DNA of 64,000 bases from Octopus vulgaris (lineage: Eukaryota). Shown here piece by piece: positions 24,713 to 37,028 of the stretch (within the stretch, counting starts at the first letter, position 1; every line of letters starts with the position of its first letter). Location of the stretch: positions 102,176,001 through 102,240,000 of the forward strand of contig OX597822.1 in NCBI GenBank assembly GCA_951406725.2. The letters run 5' to 3'. The translations under genes were made by a program, and so were the position numbers. The notes under the pieces were generated by a model, which did no database searches, was not told the DNA's origin, and saw only the letters and a list, made by a program, of their open reading frames with translations.

Positions 24713-25767
24713 TATATCCAGGGCAGGCTTGTGTCATCAGTTGCTTATTGATGTTTTAACATTGGGAGGTGGTGGGGAAAAAAAAGTAATTTTAATTCTG
24801 TGTCTGCTAAAGATTCTACTGTATCTAAGACTTCTTGGAAAGTGAATCATCATCGTCATCATCATCGTTTAACATCCGCTTTCCATGCTAGCATGGGTTG
24901 GACAATTTGACTGAGGTCTAGCGAACCAGATGGCTGTACCAGACTCCAATCTGATCTGGCAGAGTTTCTACAGCTGGATGCCCTTCCTAAGGACAACCAC
25001 TCCGAGAATCTACTTATATTTGTCCTAACCTTAAGGGAGAAGGTTGGTGGGGAAGGGGCAACCATAAAACTTTCAAAGACCTATTCTTACAACCAGATGA
25101 TAGTCTACAACCTCCCACCTTCTCTATCATCTAGGAATAGGTTTGTTTGTGTGTGTATGATTAGTGTGTTTCTGTATGTGAGATTGAGTGAATGCATATA
25201 TGTGAGTGAGTGTATATGTACATGTATTGTTTGTGCATGTATGTCAGTGTTGTTTGTGCATAGGAGTTGCTGTGTGATAAGTAGCTTGCTTACCAACCAC
25301 ATGGTTCCAGGTTCAGTCCCACTGCGTGGCACCTTGGGCAAGTGTCTTCTACTATAGCCTCGGGCCGACCAAAGCCTTGTTAGTGGATTTGGTAGACGGA
25401 AACTGAAAGAAGCCTGTCGTGTATATGTATATATATCATGTACGTGTGTGTATATGCTTGTGTGTCTGTGTTTGTCCCCACCACCCCAACATCACTTGAC
25501 AACCGATGCTGGTGTGTTTACGTCCCCGTAACTTAGCGGTTCGGCAAAAGATACCGATAGAATAAGTACTAGGCTTACAAAGAATAAGACCTGGGGTCGA
25601 TTTGCTCGACTAAAGGCGGTGCTCCAGCATGGCCACAGTCAAATGACTGAAACAAGTAAAAGAGTAAAAAGGGTATCTCTATGTGTATGTTGGTGTGATA
25701 TTGTGCCAACAGCTTGGAATTATTGAAGATTACTTTCATCGCTTCTTATTTCTTATTCCTTTCACAG

Positions 25768-25931
25768 GAGGCAAGATGATCCATTTTCCAACTCAAATGA
25801 TGGCTTTCAAAGGAATGGCTTGGACTCTTTATTTCACCACTTTGATTCACAAATCCAAAATCAGATGGAAGATATGCAACAAAACATGAATGACATGATG
25901 AGAAATTTAGGTTCCATAGAATACACACAAA
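25768..25931 (+). CDS. HAX1: HAX1-like gene, internal exon (RQDDPFSNSNDGFQRNGLDSLFHHFDSQIQNQMEDMQQNMNDMMRNLGSIEYTQ)
   Basis: Polypyrimidine tract ttcttattcctttcacag| and donor |gtatgt. The 164-nt exon is open in phase 2 to 1 and compatible with the next exon. Confidence 0.8.
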
Positions 25932-27716
25932 GTATGTAAAACTTTTACATATAAACACTTAAAAAGCACTCTTATTCATCATCATCATCATCATCATCAT
26001 CGTTTAACATCCGCTTTCCATGCTAGCATGGGTTGGACGATTTGACTGAGGTCTGGCGAACCAGATGGCTGCACCAGGCTCCAATCTGATCAGGCAGAGT
26101 TTCTACAGCTGGATGCCCTTCCTAACACCAACCACTCCGAGAGTGTAGTGGGTGCTTTTACATGCCACCAGCACAAGGGCCAGTCAGGCGGTACTGGCAA
26201 CGGCCACGCTCAAACGGTGCTTTTTATGTGCCACCTGCACAGGAGCCAGTCCAGCGACACTGGCAACGACCTTGCTCAAATGTTTTCTTTCATGTGCCAC
26301 CAGCACAAGTGCTAGTAAGGCCAATGCAGGTAACGATCACACTTGAATGGTGATTTTAACGTGCCATCAGCACGGAGGCCAGCTTGTTGCTCTGGCAACG
26401 ATCTCACTCGCATGGTACTCTTAGCGCTCCACTAGCATGGGTGCCAGTCATCGAATTTGATTCGGATGCCAGCCATAAATTCAGTTTGAGCATTTAAACC
26501 GGTCGTATTCAGCCAAAATATTCTACCTGTTTTATGTTCAAACTGGCCAAATCCAGCCTCTCACATTAACCCTGCACTGTTAGTCCAAAAATAAACAACC
26601 ACAAAATCGAAATACCAAATAAATTCTAAACAATGTAAATAAATAGGTATTACATTTGACAGGATTGATTAAGGATTAATTAAGAAGCTGCATCACATAC
26701 CTTTTTATTTTGTATGTTTTAATTGTTTCAGTCATTAGACAGATTCTGTTGCGATGTTATAGACAGTTGTCCGCATGTATTTAGTAGACAGGGAGTAAAT
26801 AAGACAAATGAAATATACAATAAAGTAAAAAAAAAAAAGTACACATGTAAATACTTCCATACCCACACTTGTAGTCCTGTTTACTCACACACACACACAC
26901 TATATATATATGCTGGAGCACCACTTTTGAAGAACTTTTAGTTGAATGAATTTTTCAACCCCGTCGTTCTTTTTCATTTTTTTTTTGCCTTACTCTTTAC
27001 CCTTTTACTCTTTTATTTGTTTCAGTCATTTGACTGCGGCCATGCTGGAGCACCGCCTTTAGTCGGGCAAATCGACCCCGGGACTTATTCCTTGTAAGCC
27101 CAGTACTTATTCTATCGGTCTCTTTTGCCGAACCGCTAAGTAACGGGGACGTAAACACACCAGCATCGGTTGTCAAGCAATGCTAGGGGGACAAACACAG
27201 ACACACAAACACACACATACATATACATATGTATACATATATACGACAGGCTTCTTTCAGTTTCCGTCTACCAAATCCACTCACAAGGCTTTGGTCGGCC
27301 CGAGGCTATAGTAGAAGACACTTGCCCAAGATGCCACGCAGTGGGACTGAACCCGGAACCATGCGGTTGGTAAACAAGCTACTTACCACACAACCACTCT
27401 GATTCTACTGGTCATTTTTGTCAAACCACTAAGTTACAAGGATGTAAATACACCAAAGTGGTTGTCAAGCAGTGGTGGGGACAAACAAAGACACACACAC
27501 ACACGTATAAATAAATGACAGGCCTCTCTTCAGCTTCCGTCTGCCAAATCCACAAATAAGACTTTGGTCGGCTCAAGGCTTTAGTAGAAGACACTTACCC
27601 AAAGTACCATGCAGTGGAGCTGAACCCAGAACCATGTATTTGGGATGCAAGCTTCTTTACCACACATCCATGACCATGCCTAGTATATATATATTATAGA
27701 TATATATCTATAATAA

Positions 27717-30714
27717 CACTGGGCAACAAAAATAGGTTTATTGTCTGCTACCCAGACAAATGGTACTGTACTAAACTAAATCGAGTACACTGTTTCCAAC
27801 CAGCAGCAGTCACCCATCATGTGTGAATTGAACCGGCTTTGATACCTTATTCCCATCTCAGATATGTCTTGTAGGAACCTCTCACCATGCTCATCTCTAA
27901 GGGCACCAAGATTTGTTGAAAAAAAATCAAGATGAGAATGTAAGAAGTGCATTTTAAGGGACATTCCACATCCCATTCTTTCATATGTTGTTAGCGTGTT
28001 GTTTATTAAATCAGCATGGTTTTCAACTCTATGATTTCCAAGAAAGTTCTGTACAACTAACACAAATAAATGCCGTCAGCTCAACTATATTCAGTTTACC
28101 TCTGAATTTGCTATCAGATATCAATTCTCTGATCTTGGGTCCAATGAAAATGCCAGCTTTCAGTTTTGCGTCACTTTTCTCTGCACCAAATTGTACTTTT
28201 AGGTACTGGAAGCCACAACCATTGTGTGACATTGCTTTTATGAAGTTTTTCATGAGGCCAAGTTTGATGTGAAGGGGTGGAAGGAAGATCTTTTACGGGT
28301 CTACCAGTGGCATATGCTGCACGTTGTACCGACCAACTATGTGCTCATCTCTTCTAGGACAGTCTTTTACTGTGTAATGATTGTTATTGTCACAGCTGTT
28401 CCAAACACACAAGGAGCACATATTTTTGGTATACCCCAGCTGCAGTCCTAGGAGGAGGGAAATCACTTTTAAATCACCACAACCATTCCACTTGTGAACT
28501 GAGTAATTAACTCCTCTCAGAAAGGGCTCCATCAATTCATAAGTTTCTTCCATAATGACAACATAACCCACAGGAATGAAAGGTTTTTCATTACCATTAT
28601 GTGACAACATAACTTTGAGGCTAAACCTTACTCAAGTCTATAAACAATCTCCATACATTAGCTACATGCATATGTCCTAGTTTTTGCATGAGCGCATTAA
28701 CGTCAGTACAGAAATAAGCATTATTTTCTTGTTTGAAAAAGACAGATAAGCCTTTATGGCGAGAACGGAAAATTGCTGTAGGAGATTCCATTATTGTAGT
28801 TTGGATCCCAAAACTTCTGCCCCCTCCTTTGACAATGCTAGGTCTCTTACTAAATCGTTCAAATCTTCTTGACTGAACTAGCCTGACTCGGGAAACTACC
28901 ACCTGTATCATCTCTTGTGAAAGGTAGAAGAGCCCAGTTTGCTGGACATTGTTGTAGAGCTGAAAACGAGGTAATTTCTACTCTTCTCCTCTGGAAGCCA
29001 TCTGCTCATGATACCAGAGGGCGCACACTCTCCTACTCTGATGTAATCTCCAGGGATACAGGCATCCAGCAACAGGACCTCTGTAATGTTATGATGGACC
29101 GTGAGGTCTGGCGTGGCACAGAAAATTCCATTGTCTCAACCACGGACGAACAATGATGATGATGATTTTCTTAGAATCACCTACGTATTCTTTGTGATGT
29201 GTCAAGATTTTCAAGTGAAGCATGTGAGAGGGGAACTGGGACAGGGTTCTCGAAGGGATGTGGGACCAGTTTTAGAGCCAACTTACAATCTACATACACA
29301 ATTTTTGCTTTGGTCTTCTCTGAGAAACCTCAAGTATTAGTCATGCAAAAGTAACAATCAGAGACACGATTGATTGGCATGTGCCTTACTATTGGTACAG
29401 CAAAAGACATTCCTTTCCGTTTTCCATTCAACCTCTGTCTAACACACAGTGTAACATATATGAGGTGCCCACCTCTTGTCTTGGTCCCTAACTTTACACC
29501 CAGAATAATATCTACAAGCAATTTTTAATTTGGTGGCAATGTTCTTCCGCTGGTCACGTGGAGCAAATTTTTCACAGACAAGCACCATCCATTCGTGGCT
29601 ATTGCCAGCGCCGCCCCGACTGGCCTCGTGCCGCTGGCACATAAAAAGCACCATCCGTTCATGGCCGTTTGCCAGACTCGTCTGGCACCTGTGCTGGTGG
29701 CACGTAAAAAGCACCCACTACACTCATGGAGTGGTTGGCGTTAGGAAGGGCATCCAGCCGTAGAAACACTGCCAGATCAGACTGGGCCTGGTGCAGCCTT
29801 CTGGCTTCCCAGACCCCAGTTGAACCGTCCAACCCATGCTAGCATGGAAAGCGGACGCTATACGATGATGATGATGATGATGATGATGATAACAAAAGTT
29901 GTCTGGGTGATTCACACTGTCTCTCCTATTCATGATCTAACACAATGAACACAGTTAAAACAGGAATCACGCAGAGTGAGAGATACAAATACCACACGTG
30001 ACGGCAGCACAAACGGCACTGAGAGTTACCAAGAACAAACTAATGTATTTGGCATTGCACACAATACGTCAGCACCATCCATTGCTAAGATAAATAATGA
30101 ACTTTCTCATCGTTTGTTTATTGCTCTTGTTTCTTTAATTTTGAATTAAGAACGCTTTCATTTTAGCAAATTTTATAATACAGCCTATCATCATCATCAT
30201 CATCATCGTTTAACGTCCACTTTCCATGCTAGCATGGGTTGGACGGTTCAACCGGGGTCTGGGAAGCCAGGAGGCTGCACCAGGCTCCAGTCTGATCTGG
30301 CAGAGTTTCTACAGCTGGATGATACCCTTCCTGACGCCAACCACTCCGAGAGTGTTGTGGGTGCTTTTTATGTGCCACCGGCACAGGTGCCAGACGAGGC
30401 TGGCAACGGCCATGATCGGTTGGTGCTTTTTATGTGCCACCGGCACAGAGGCCAGTCAAGGCGGCGCTGGCAACGGCCACATCCGGATGGTTCTTTTACG
30501 TGCCACCGGCACTGGTATCACAACTGCAATTTCCATTGATTTTTGATCGATTTCGATTTTACTTGCCTCAGGTACAGTTATAATCTTACGCATGTGCATA
30601 ATTCAAAATCCTGACGTGCTAGAACAATTCTGAGTGCGGATTCGGAATCAGAATCCTCGACTTAGTCTAAAACTCTTGCTTTTACCCCAGTAGTAAAATC
30701 TTTGTTGTCCGGTG
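27717..30714 (-). mobile_element. Chapaev3-like (CMC superfamily) DNA transposon, both ends present, transposase decayed
   Basis: TIRs cactgggcaacaaa and caccggacaacaaa with a TAA duplication at both sides. Peptide pieces: NHPDNFCY, GCKVRDQDKRWAPHIC, DCYFC, WRLFID, CGDLKVISLLLGLQLGYTKNMCSLCVW, MKNFIKAM, KLKAGIFIGPKIREL, SLKMHFLHSHLDFF, DEHGERFLQDI. Confidence 0.85.
28917..29165 (+). mobile_element. 3' fragment of a second RTE-type LINE nested in the Chapaev element
   Basis: RRAQFAGHCCRAENEVISTLLLWKP...L.NVMMDREVWR followed by a (GAT)n tail. Confidence 0.7.
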
Positions 30715-31305
30715 TAATAAAAGTGAAATTCTGTCTGTCCATCTAGGACCCCTCTATCTCAGCCAACATTTGCTCTACATAGAGATATTATACCTTTTTC
30801 GAATCATAATGATTCCAGGATTTGATTCTTGAATATTCTAACATTGGGATCTGATTTAAAAGTATTTGGGTTGCTATTTCTAGCAGGCAAAAAGCTTGGC
30901 TGATTCACGCCATCAGAGATCAAGGGGAGATAAATGACATTCGCTTCGTAAATTTTGTGTCAAGATAAGAACTTTGGGACAAATTGGCCAACAGTTGGAA
31001 TTCAACTTGGGACTGGAGCAATAGAATAATTGCCTTACAAGATTAACACTCATCTGTCTTTAACCTCTGATCAAACACCACCAGGCATATAGTCATTATA
31101 GTCGTATTGTAGTCATGCTATTTAGCTCTCCTTAGTTTGGGGCTGCAGGCCCAAGTAGCCCTCCACAGGAGTTAGCTTAAAACCCCACACAGAGTGCAGC
31201 TTTTAAGCTAGTATTATATAAATGTGTGTATTACGAAATAATTTTTGACTAATTTCATTATTGATTCACTTCAAAATTAATTTGAATTTCAGTCACCTGA
31301 CATGT

Positions 31306-31544
31306 TTAAATACTTCTGAATTCCATTTTTGTTAAAACAGTTCCATTAAATGCTTCATGTTTGCTATGTTTTGGGTGGTAGACTTGATCTGTTGTCCAGT
31401 TTAACCCCATAACCTGATCCTCTGGTATATCTAACACAGACCACACTGTTACATGGAATTTTACCTTGACTTCAGCCAAGAATAACTTATTCCCTTCTTT
31501 GTCCCACTCAAAACATGTCACGGGGTGTATTCCCTGTCCTTTGT
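31306..31544 (-). pseudogene. WD40-like coding fragment (resembles the MED16 N-terminal propeller), antisense in a HAX1 intron
   Basis: IHPVTCFEWDKEGNKLFLAE...WSV...EDQVMGLNW resembles the H-x-x-(I/V)TC(L/F)EWD-x-x-G-x-x-L WD repeat. The resemblance is from memory only. Confidence 0.35.
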
Positions 31545-31640
31545 CTATACCAAAAAAAAAATAGTAAACAAGACCGATACCATTGAATAAGAAAAAACAT
31601 TGTCAGCCTGTTGTTGAAGTTATTGTTCCTCTTCTTCCAG

Positions 31641-31759
31641 TACCATCCCTTGATTCAGAAGATGCAAACTCTTCAAGATCTCTCCGTGATGCAATGTTAA
31701 AAGATTCCAGTGAGCCAGCTGCCGCTGCACCAGATCTCTCACCAAGATCCCTGCCTCAG
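31641..31759 (+). CDS. HAX1: HAX1-like gene, internal exon (IPSLDSEDANSSRSLRDAMLKDSSEPAAAAPDLSPRSLPQ)
   Basis: ttcctcttcttccag| ... cag|gtaaaa; 119 nt, phase 1 to 0. It contains SLRDAMLK, matching the HAX1 LRDSMLK signature. Confidence 0.85.
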
Positions 31760-32087
31760 GTAAAAGTTAATTTGAATTAAGAAATACCAATGCTTATTTA
31801 TTATATTAAAGTCACCTTTTCATCATCATCATCATCATCATCGTTTAGCGTCCGTTTTCCATACTTTTGTATAATGTTAGTAGACATAATATGGTGGTGC
31901 TCCAGTCAAATGACTGAAACAAGTACAAGAAATATATATATAGGGAGAGTTTACAAAAAAAACAAAAGACAAAGACAGGTGGTGTACAAAACAAACAGAT
32001 GTATTAGTATAACGCTCAGGAATAGAAAAAGTCTTTTACGTTTCGAGCCTATGTGTGTAGTGGCTAATGATCTCTCATGGCAACTGA

Positions 32088-32136
<49 letters not shown>

Positions 32137-32286
32137 ATATAAGAGAATGGTCACTATGTGGCTCATTCTAGCACTAGTAAATCCAAAAGGTTTCAACCAC
32201 AAAAATACATGTTTCCCATGAAAGTCAGTACGATTGTTAGCTCACACGAACAGGGCAAATAAAAAATAACAAAAATACAGATTATT

Positions 32287-32698
32287 TTGGGACAATTGTT
32301 TCGTTATTAATGAATTAAATGTAATTTTACTTACAAAAAACCCACTTGTAGCTCCTCAGCCAAAACTATCTGGATGAAATCCACTCAATCACACGCCAGA
32401 TTTTACCATAACGATAAATACACGTGTGGTTCAATTGATTACATCCGACGTTATAATTCAAATGCCCCTACCAACAGCGCGCCAAACTTTCACGGAAACA
32501 AATACTACATTTAGAAATAAATGTAGCATAATTATAATTAATTAATTAATTGAACCACACGTGTATTTATCGTTATGGTAAAATCTGGCGTGTGATTGAG
32601 TGGATTTCATCCAGATAGTTTTGGCTGAGGAGCTACAAGTGGGTTTTTTGTAAGTAAAATTACATTTAATTCATTAATAACGAAACAATTGTCCCAAA
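32287..32698. repeat. Perfect ~150-bp inverted repeat (32287-32436 / 32548-32698), each arm carrying a hammerhead motif
   Basis: Arms are exact reverse complements with a ~110-bp spacer. Confidence 0.92.
32620..32698 (+). ncRNA. Type I hammerhead ribozyme motif (mirror copy on - strand at 32287-32365)
   Basis: tttgg-CTGAGGA-g...c-GAAA-caattg-TC-ccaaa. Stem I has 5 bp and the GUC cleavage triplet is at 32691-32693. Stem II is weak. Confidence 0.65.
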
Positions 32699-33783
32699 CT
32701 CTGTGCCACACAAAAGGCTTATGGTGAAACTCTCTGCAATGGGTGTGGGGGATGACCTTTTTAACTGGTTGAAATCCTTCATCCTCAGCCGAAAGGAGGT
32801 TGTCACAGTTCTAGGACAGCACTCTACACCATATGAGATGTCATCGGGTGTACCACAGGGATCTGTCCTTGGTCCCCTCTTGTTTGTGGCATACATTAAC
32901 GACATAGATGCCAATTTAAAGAATGCCACAGTATTGAAATATGCAGACGACATCAAGCTGTACCTTGAAATCAAGAGGACAGATCCTGATGTCTACAACT
33001 CTTTCCTGCAATCAGACCTAGACACAATGCAGCAATGGATCACAGACTGGCAACTGAAACTGGCTGTGGACAAGTGTACCACCATGCATTTTGGGAGAAA
33101 AACCCTGCGTTCACATACTCCCTCCACAACACTGATATCAAGAAATCCTCTTGCGAGCGTGACCTAGGCATCACTGTCAGCAGTGATTTGCGTTGGACAA
33201 AGCATATCTCTAAGATTGTCAGGAAGGCCGAGGGTGTCTTGGCATCACTCAGCAGGTCTTTTGTTAGCCGCTCTCCAGCCATCTATTTAAAACTGTATAC
33301 AGCTATGGTACGACCACACTTGGAATTTGCATCATCAGTTTGGAACCCCTATCTTGCACAGAACATTGACCTCCTGGAATCTGTCCAGAGACGTGCAACC
33401 AAACGCATACCCTCCATCAGACACCTACCATATTCTGAGCGCCTTGTTTCCCTGGGCATGGATTCTGGCGACGGACTTGGTAAACACCCACAAAGTTATC
33501 AACCACCTCACCAACAACAACACTGAACACCTTTTTGATCTCCATATGTCTAACACACGTGGACATGCCTACAAAGTCAGAAAACAATACAGCTCTCATG
33601 ACTTTCGGAAACATTTTTTCACGCTCAGAGTTGCTGAAGCATGGAATAAACTGCCTGCGTCAGTTGTTGACTGCCATGACACTGCATCTTTTAAGGCCCT
33701 CATGCTTTCCGAAATCCGCCGAAACTACACCTGATTATATATACACTTTAGATGAGTTGTAGTGCACCTGAGCACTGTACACA

Positions 33784-33810
<27 letters not shown>
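32699..33810 (+). mobile_element. 5'-truncated CR1-clade LINE (RT pseudogene), related to 4074-6060
   Basis: SVPHKRLMVKL, SGVPQGSVLGPLLF, YADDIKLY, RPHLEFASSVWNP, FFTLRVAEAWNKLP; frameshifts; (ATT)n tail. Confidence 0.92.
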
Positions 33811-33841
<31 letters not shown>

Positions 33842-34039
33842 TCAGCGTTTCTTACTATGTTTAAGCCTTTAGGTGACAAAATGGTGAATATATTTGGGCT
33901 CTGGAAAATCCACACATGGCAAGAAACACTAAATCACCATAATATATATTTATCCCTTAATTTGTTGCTTTTGTATACACATACTGAGAAGAAAACTTGC
34001 AGAACACATCATGTTATTCTAACTAGATACATCTTGTAA

Positions 34040-34142
34040 TCACCTGAAGAGACACATCTACACCGACAGATACTCCTAAACCAGTTGTTCAATATCCCAC
34101 CTGTTAGGGATTGATGCTAATGGGTCGAAACGGTTGTAGTGA
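34040..34142 (+). ncRNA. Type I hammerhead ribozyme motif with long stem-loop II, followed by AATAAA
   Basis: tcac-CTGAAGA-gac...gtc-GAAA-cggttg-TA-gtga. Confidence 0.7.
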
Positions 34143-34422
34143 CCAATAAACATTCTCATATCTTCCATCTTCTGTCTCTGTCTCATTAATTAAATATATA
34201 AACACACACACACACACTGCATGACTATGTTTCTCTGTATCATTGCTATCTGGTAGCCCCACCCCACCCCATCTACATACCAAGGTTTTCACCACTCACT
34301 GCTCTCCCTTGTGCTCTTGCTGTCTCCCACTCTCTCCTCCTGCTCTTCCCTCAGGCTTGGTAACCATGTATCTCTTTTACAGCAATAGCACCTGTTTCTA
34401 TCCTCTATCTCTGCTCTCTCTC

Positions 34423-34455
<33 letters not shown>

Positions 34456-35496
34456 TCCCCTCTCTATTTCTCTCTATCTATCTATCTATCTATTCCTCTC
34501 TCTCTCTTCATCTATCTATCTATCTATGTCTTCCTCTCTCTCTATTTATCTATCTATTCCTCTCTCTCTCTCTGTCTATCTATCTATCTCTTCCTCCCTC
34601 TCTCTCTCTCTCCCTCTCTCTTGTACCTCCTTCAGCAGCAAGACACCTGTTTCTGTCACCATAACCTTTCATTATCTGACACAAAATCACCTCCTCCAAT
34701 GCCCCTCCCCTCTCAAAGTTTTATACTTTGTCTTGTAAGTTACTTGGTGATGCTGCCATTGCAGGTGCCACTGTGCCACTTAAGAAGTATCCAGTCCACA
34801 CACTCTAAAGTGGTTGGCATTTGGAAGGGCACCCAGCCGTAAAAACCTTGCCAAAACTGACCTTGCTTGTGCCACATAAAAAGCACTCAGCCCACTTTGC
34901 TGGGTGGTTGGTGTCGGAAGAGCATCCAGCTGTAAAAACCCTGCCAAAACAGACACAGAAGTCTGATGCAGATTACTGCCTGGCTAGCTCCTGCCAAACT
35001 GTTCAACCCATGCCAGCATGGAAGGCGGGTGTTAAACAATGACGATGATGATATCAATGAAAATTAAATGAAATGTCTCAGTGTGACCAGTTGCATGAAT
35101 TTGAAAGCAGACAATTACAGGTGCATCAAATAATTTTCAACGTAAATTCTTGAATTAATAAGATTATGTCCACCTCTAATATGGACGTTAAGACAATGAT
35201 GATGAGAAGAGAGAAAGAGAGACAAATGTATATAGATATATAAGTAGTGCTGTGCTTAGAAGTGTCATGAGATACACTACCTGACCCTGTGCCATCAAAA
35301 ATAACGGCTAATTGTAGTATTTTATACTTAAATAAGGTACATAATAATCACACATACAAACATTCACATACTTCCCTTGCACACGCACACACATATACTC
35401 ACACGGAGTTGAGTTGAAACCCTGTTTGATTTTTCTTTTCAGCATTGAATGTTCACCATCCCATTTCCATTGCACACACACACAAACATTCTTTAA

Positions 35497-35819
35497 AGAC
35501 TCCGCCGGTTACGACGACGAGGGTCCCAGCTGATACGATCAACGGAACAGCTTGCTCGTGAAATTAACATGCAAATGGCTGAGCATTCCACAGACACGTG
35601 TACCCTTAACGTAGTTCTCGGGGATAATCAGCGTGACACAGAGAGTGACAAGGCTGACCCTTTGAAATACAAGTACAACTCATTTTGGCCAGCTGAGTGG
35701 ACTGGAGCAACGTGAAATAAAGTGTCTTGCTCAAGGACACAATGCGTCGCCGGGAATCGAACTCACAACCTTACGATCATGAGCCGAATGCCCTAACTAC
35801 TAAGCCACGCGCCCTCACC
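35497..35819 (-). mobile_element. tRNA-derived SINE
   Basis: Minus strand ggcgcgtggcttagtagttagggcattcggctcatgatcgtaaggttgtgagttcgattcccgg (A and B boxes) followed by the core ttgagcaagacactttatttcacg. Confidence 0.8.
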
Positions 35820-36264
35820 ACAAACATTCACACACCTTCCTTTTACATACACACACATATACTCACACAGAGTTGAAATGCTGTTTGACTTTTTTCAATA
35901 TAGTATTTCCATCATCCCACTACCCCTTCCGTATTCATCTATCTCCCCTTCCTTTCTCATTTATATGTTGTGACAGAGAAAAACACAAGAGTATTATTAT
36001 AGCAGATAGTAATACTACAAACAAATTACATTAAACATGTAATATACAAGGTTATTGGGTGGTGAGCTAGTAGAATCGTTAGCACGCCTGGCAAAATGAT
36101 TAGCGGTATTTCGTCTGTGTTTATATTCAGGATTTAAGTTCCTCTGAGGTCGACTTTTCCTTTCATCCTTTTGGGGTCGATAAATTAAGTACCAGTTGTG
36201 TACTGGGATCGATCTAATTGACTGGTCCCCTCTCCAAACATTTCAGGCCTTGTGTCTAGAATAG

Positions 36265-36298
<34 letters not shown>

Positions 36299-36475
36299 CT
36301 ATTCTAGACACAAGGCCTGAAATGTTTGGGGAGGGGACCAGTCAATATATATATTTATATATATATATATACAAGGTTATAGTTTTAACTTTCGGTATCT
36401 CTTTACTCAGGGTTTCATGTCCCTGTTCTTAGACAAAGTTAGGGCTACCTGATTGAAAGAAACCTCTTGTTATCA

Positions 36476-37028
36476 AGGAGGCGAGCTTGCAAAAACGTTA
36501 GCACACCAGGCGAAATGCTTAGTGGTACTTCGTCTGTCTTTACCTTTCATCCTTTCGAGGTCGATTAAATAAGTACCAGTTACGCACTGGGGTCGATATA
36601 ATCGACTTAATCTGTTTGTCTGTCCTTGTTTGTCCTCTCTGTGTTTAGCCCCTTGTGGGTAGTAAAGAAATAGGTATTTCGTCTGCCGTTACGCTCTGAG
36701 TTCAAATTCCGTCGAGGTCAACTTTGCCTTTCATCCTTTCGGGTCGATAAATTAAGTACCAGTTACGCACTGGGGTCGATATAATCGACTTAATCCGTTT
36801 GTCTGTCCTTGTTTGTCCTCTCATTGTTTAGCCCCTTGTGGGTAGTAAAGAAATAGGTATTTCATCTGCCGTTACGTTCTGAGTTCAAATTCCACCGAGG
36901 TTGACTTTGCCTTCCATCCTTTCGGGGTCGATAAATTAAGTACCAGTTACGCACTGGGGTCGATCTAATCGACTTAATGCGTTTGTCTGTCCTTGTTTGG
37001 CCTCTTGTGAGCAATAAAGAAATAAGAA
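36476..37028 (+). mobile_element. SINE family B, trimeric body, 13-bp TSD cctcttgttatca
   Basis: TSD at ~36463 and ~37030; three tandem ~180-bp body units. Confidence 0.85.

Noticed and set aside
25683-25889. ORF-track 68-aa product overlapping the exon
   Set aside because: Wrong frame; the splice-phase-consistent frame gives the HAX1-like peptide.
35745-35815. tRNA genes (also 8755-8810, 43405-43475, 48065-48125)
   Set aside because: A and B boxes are present, but there is no clean cloverleaf. The 35745, 43405 and 48065 copies run into SINE bodies and the 8755 one is only a fragment.
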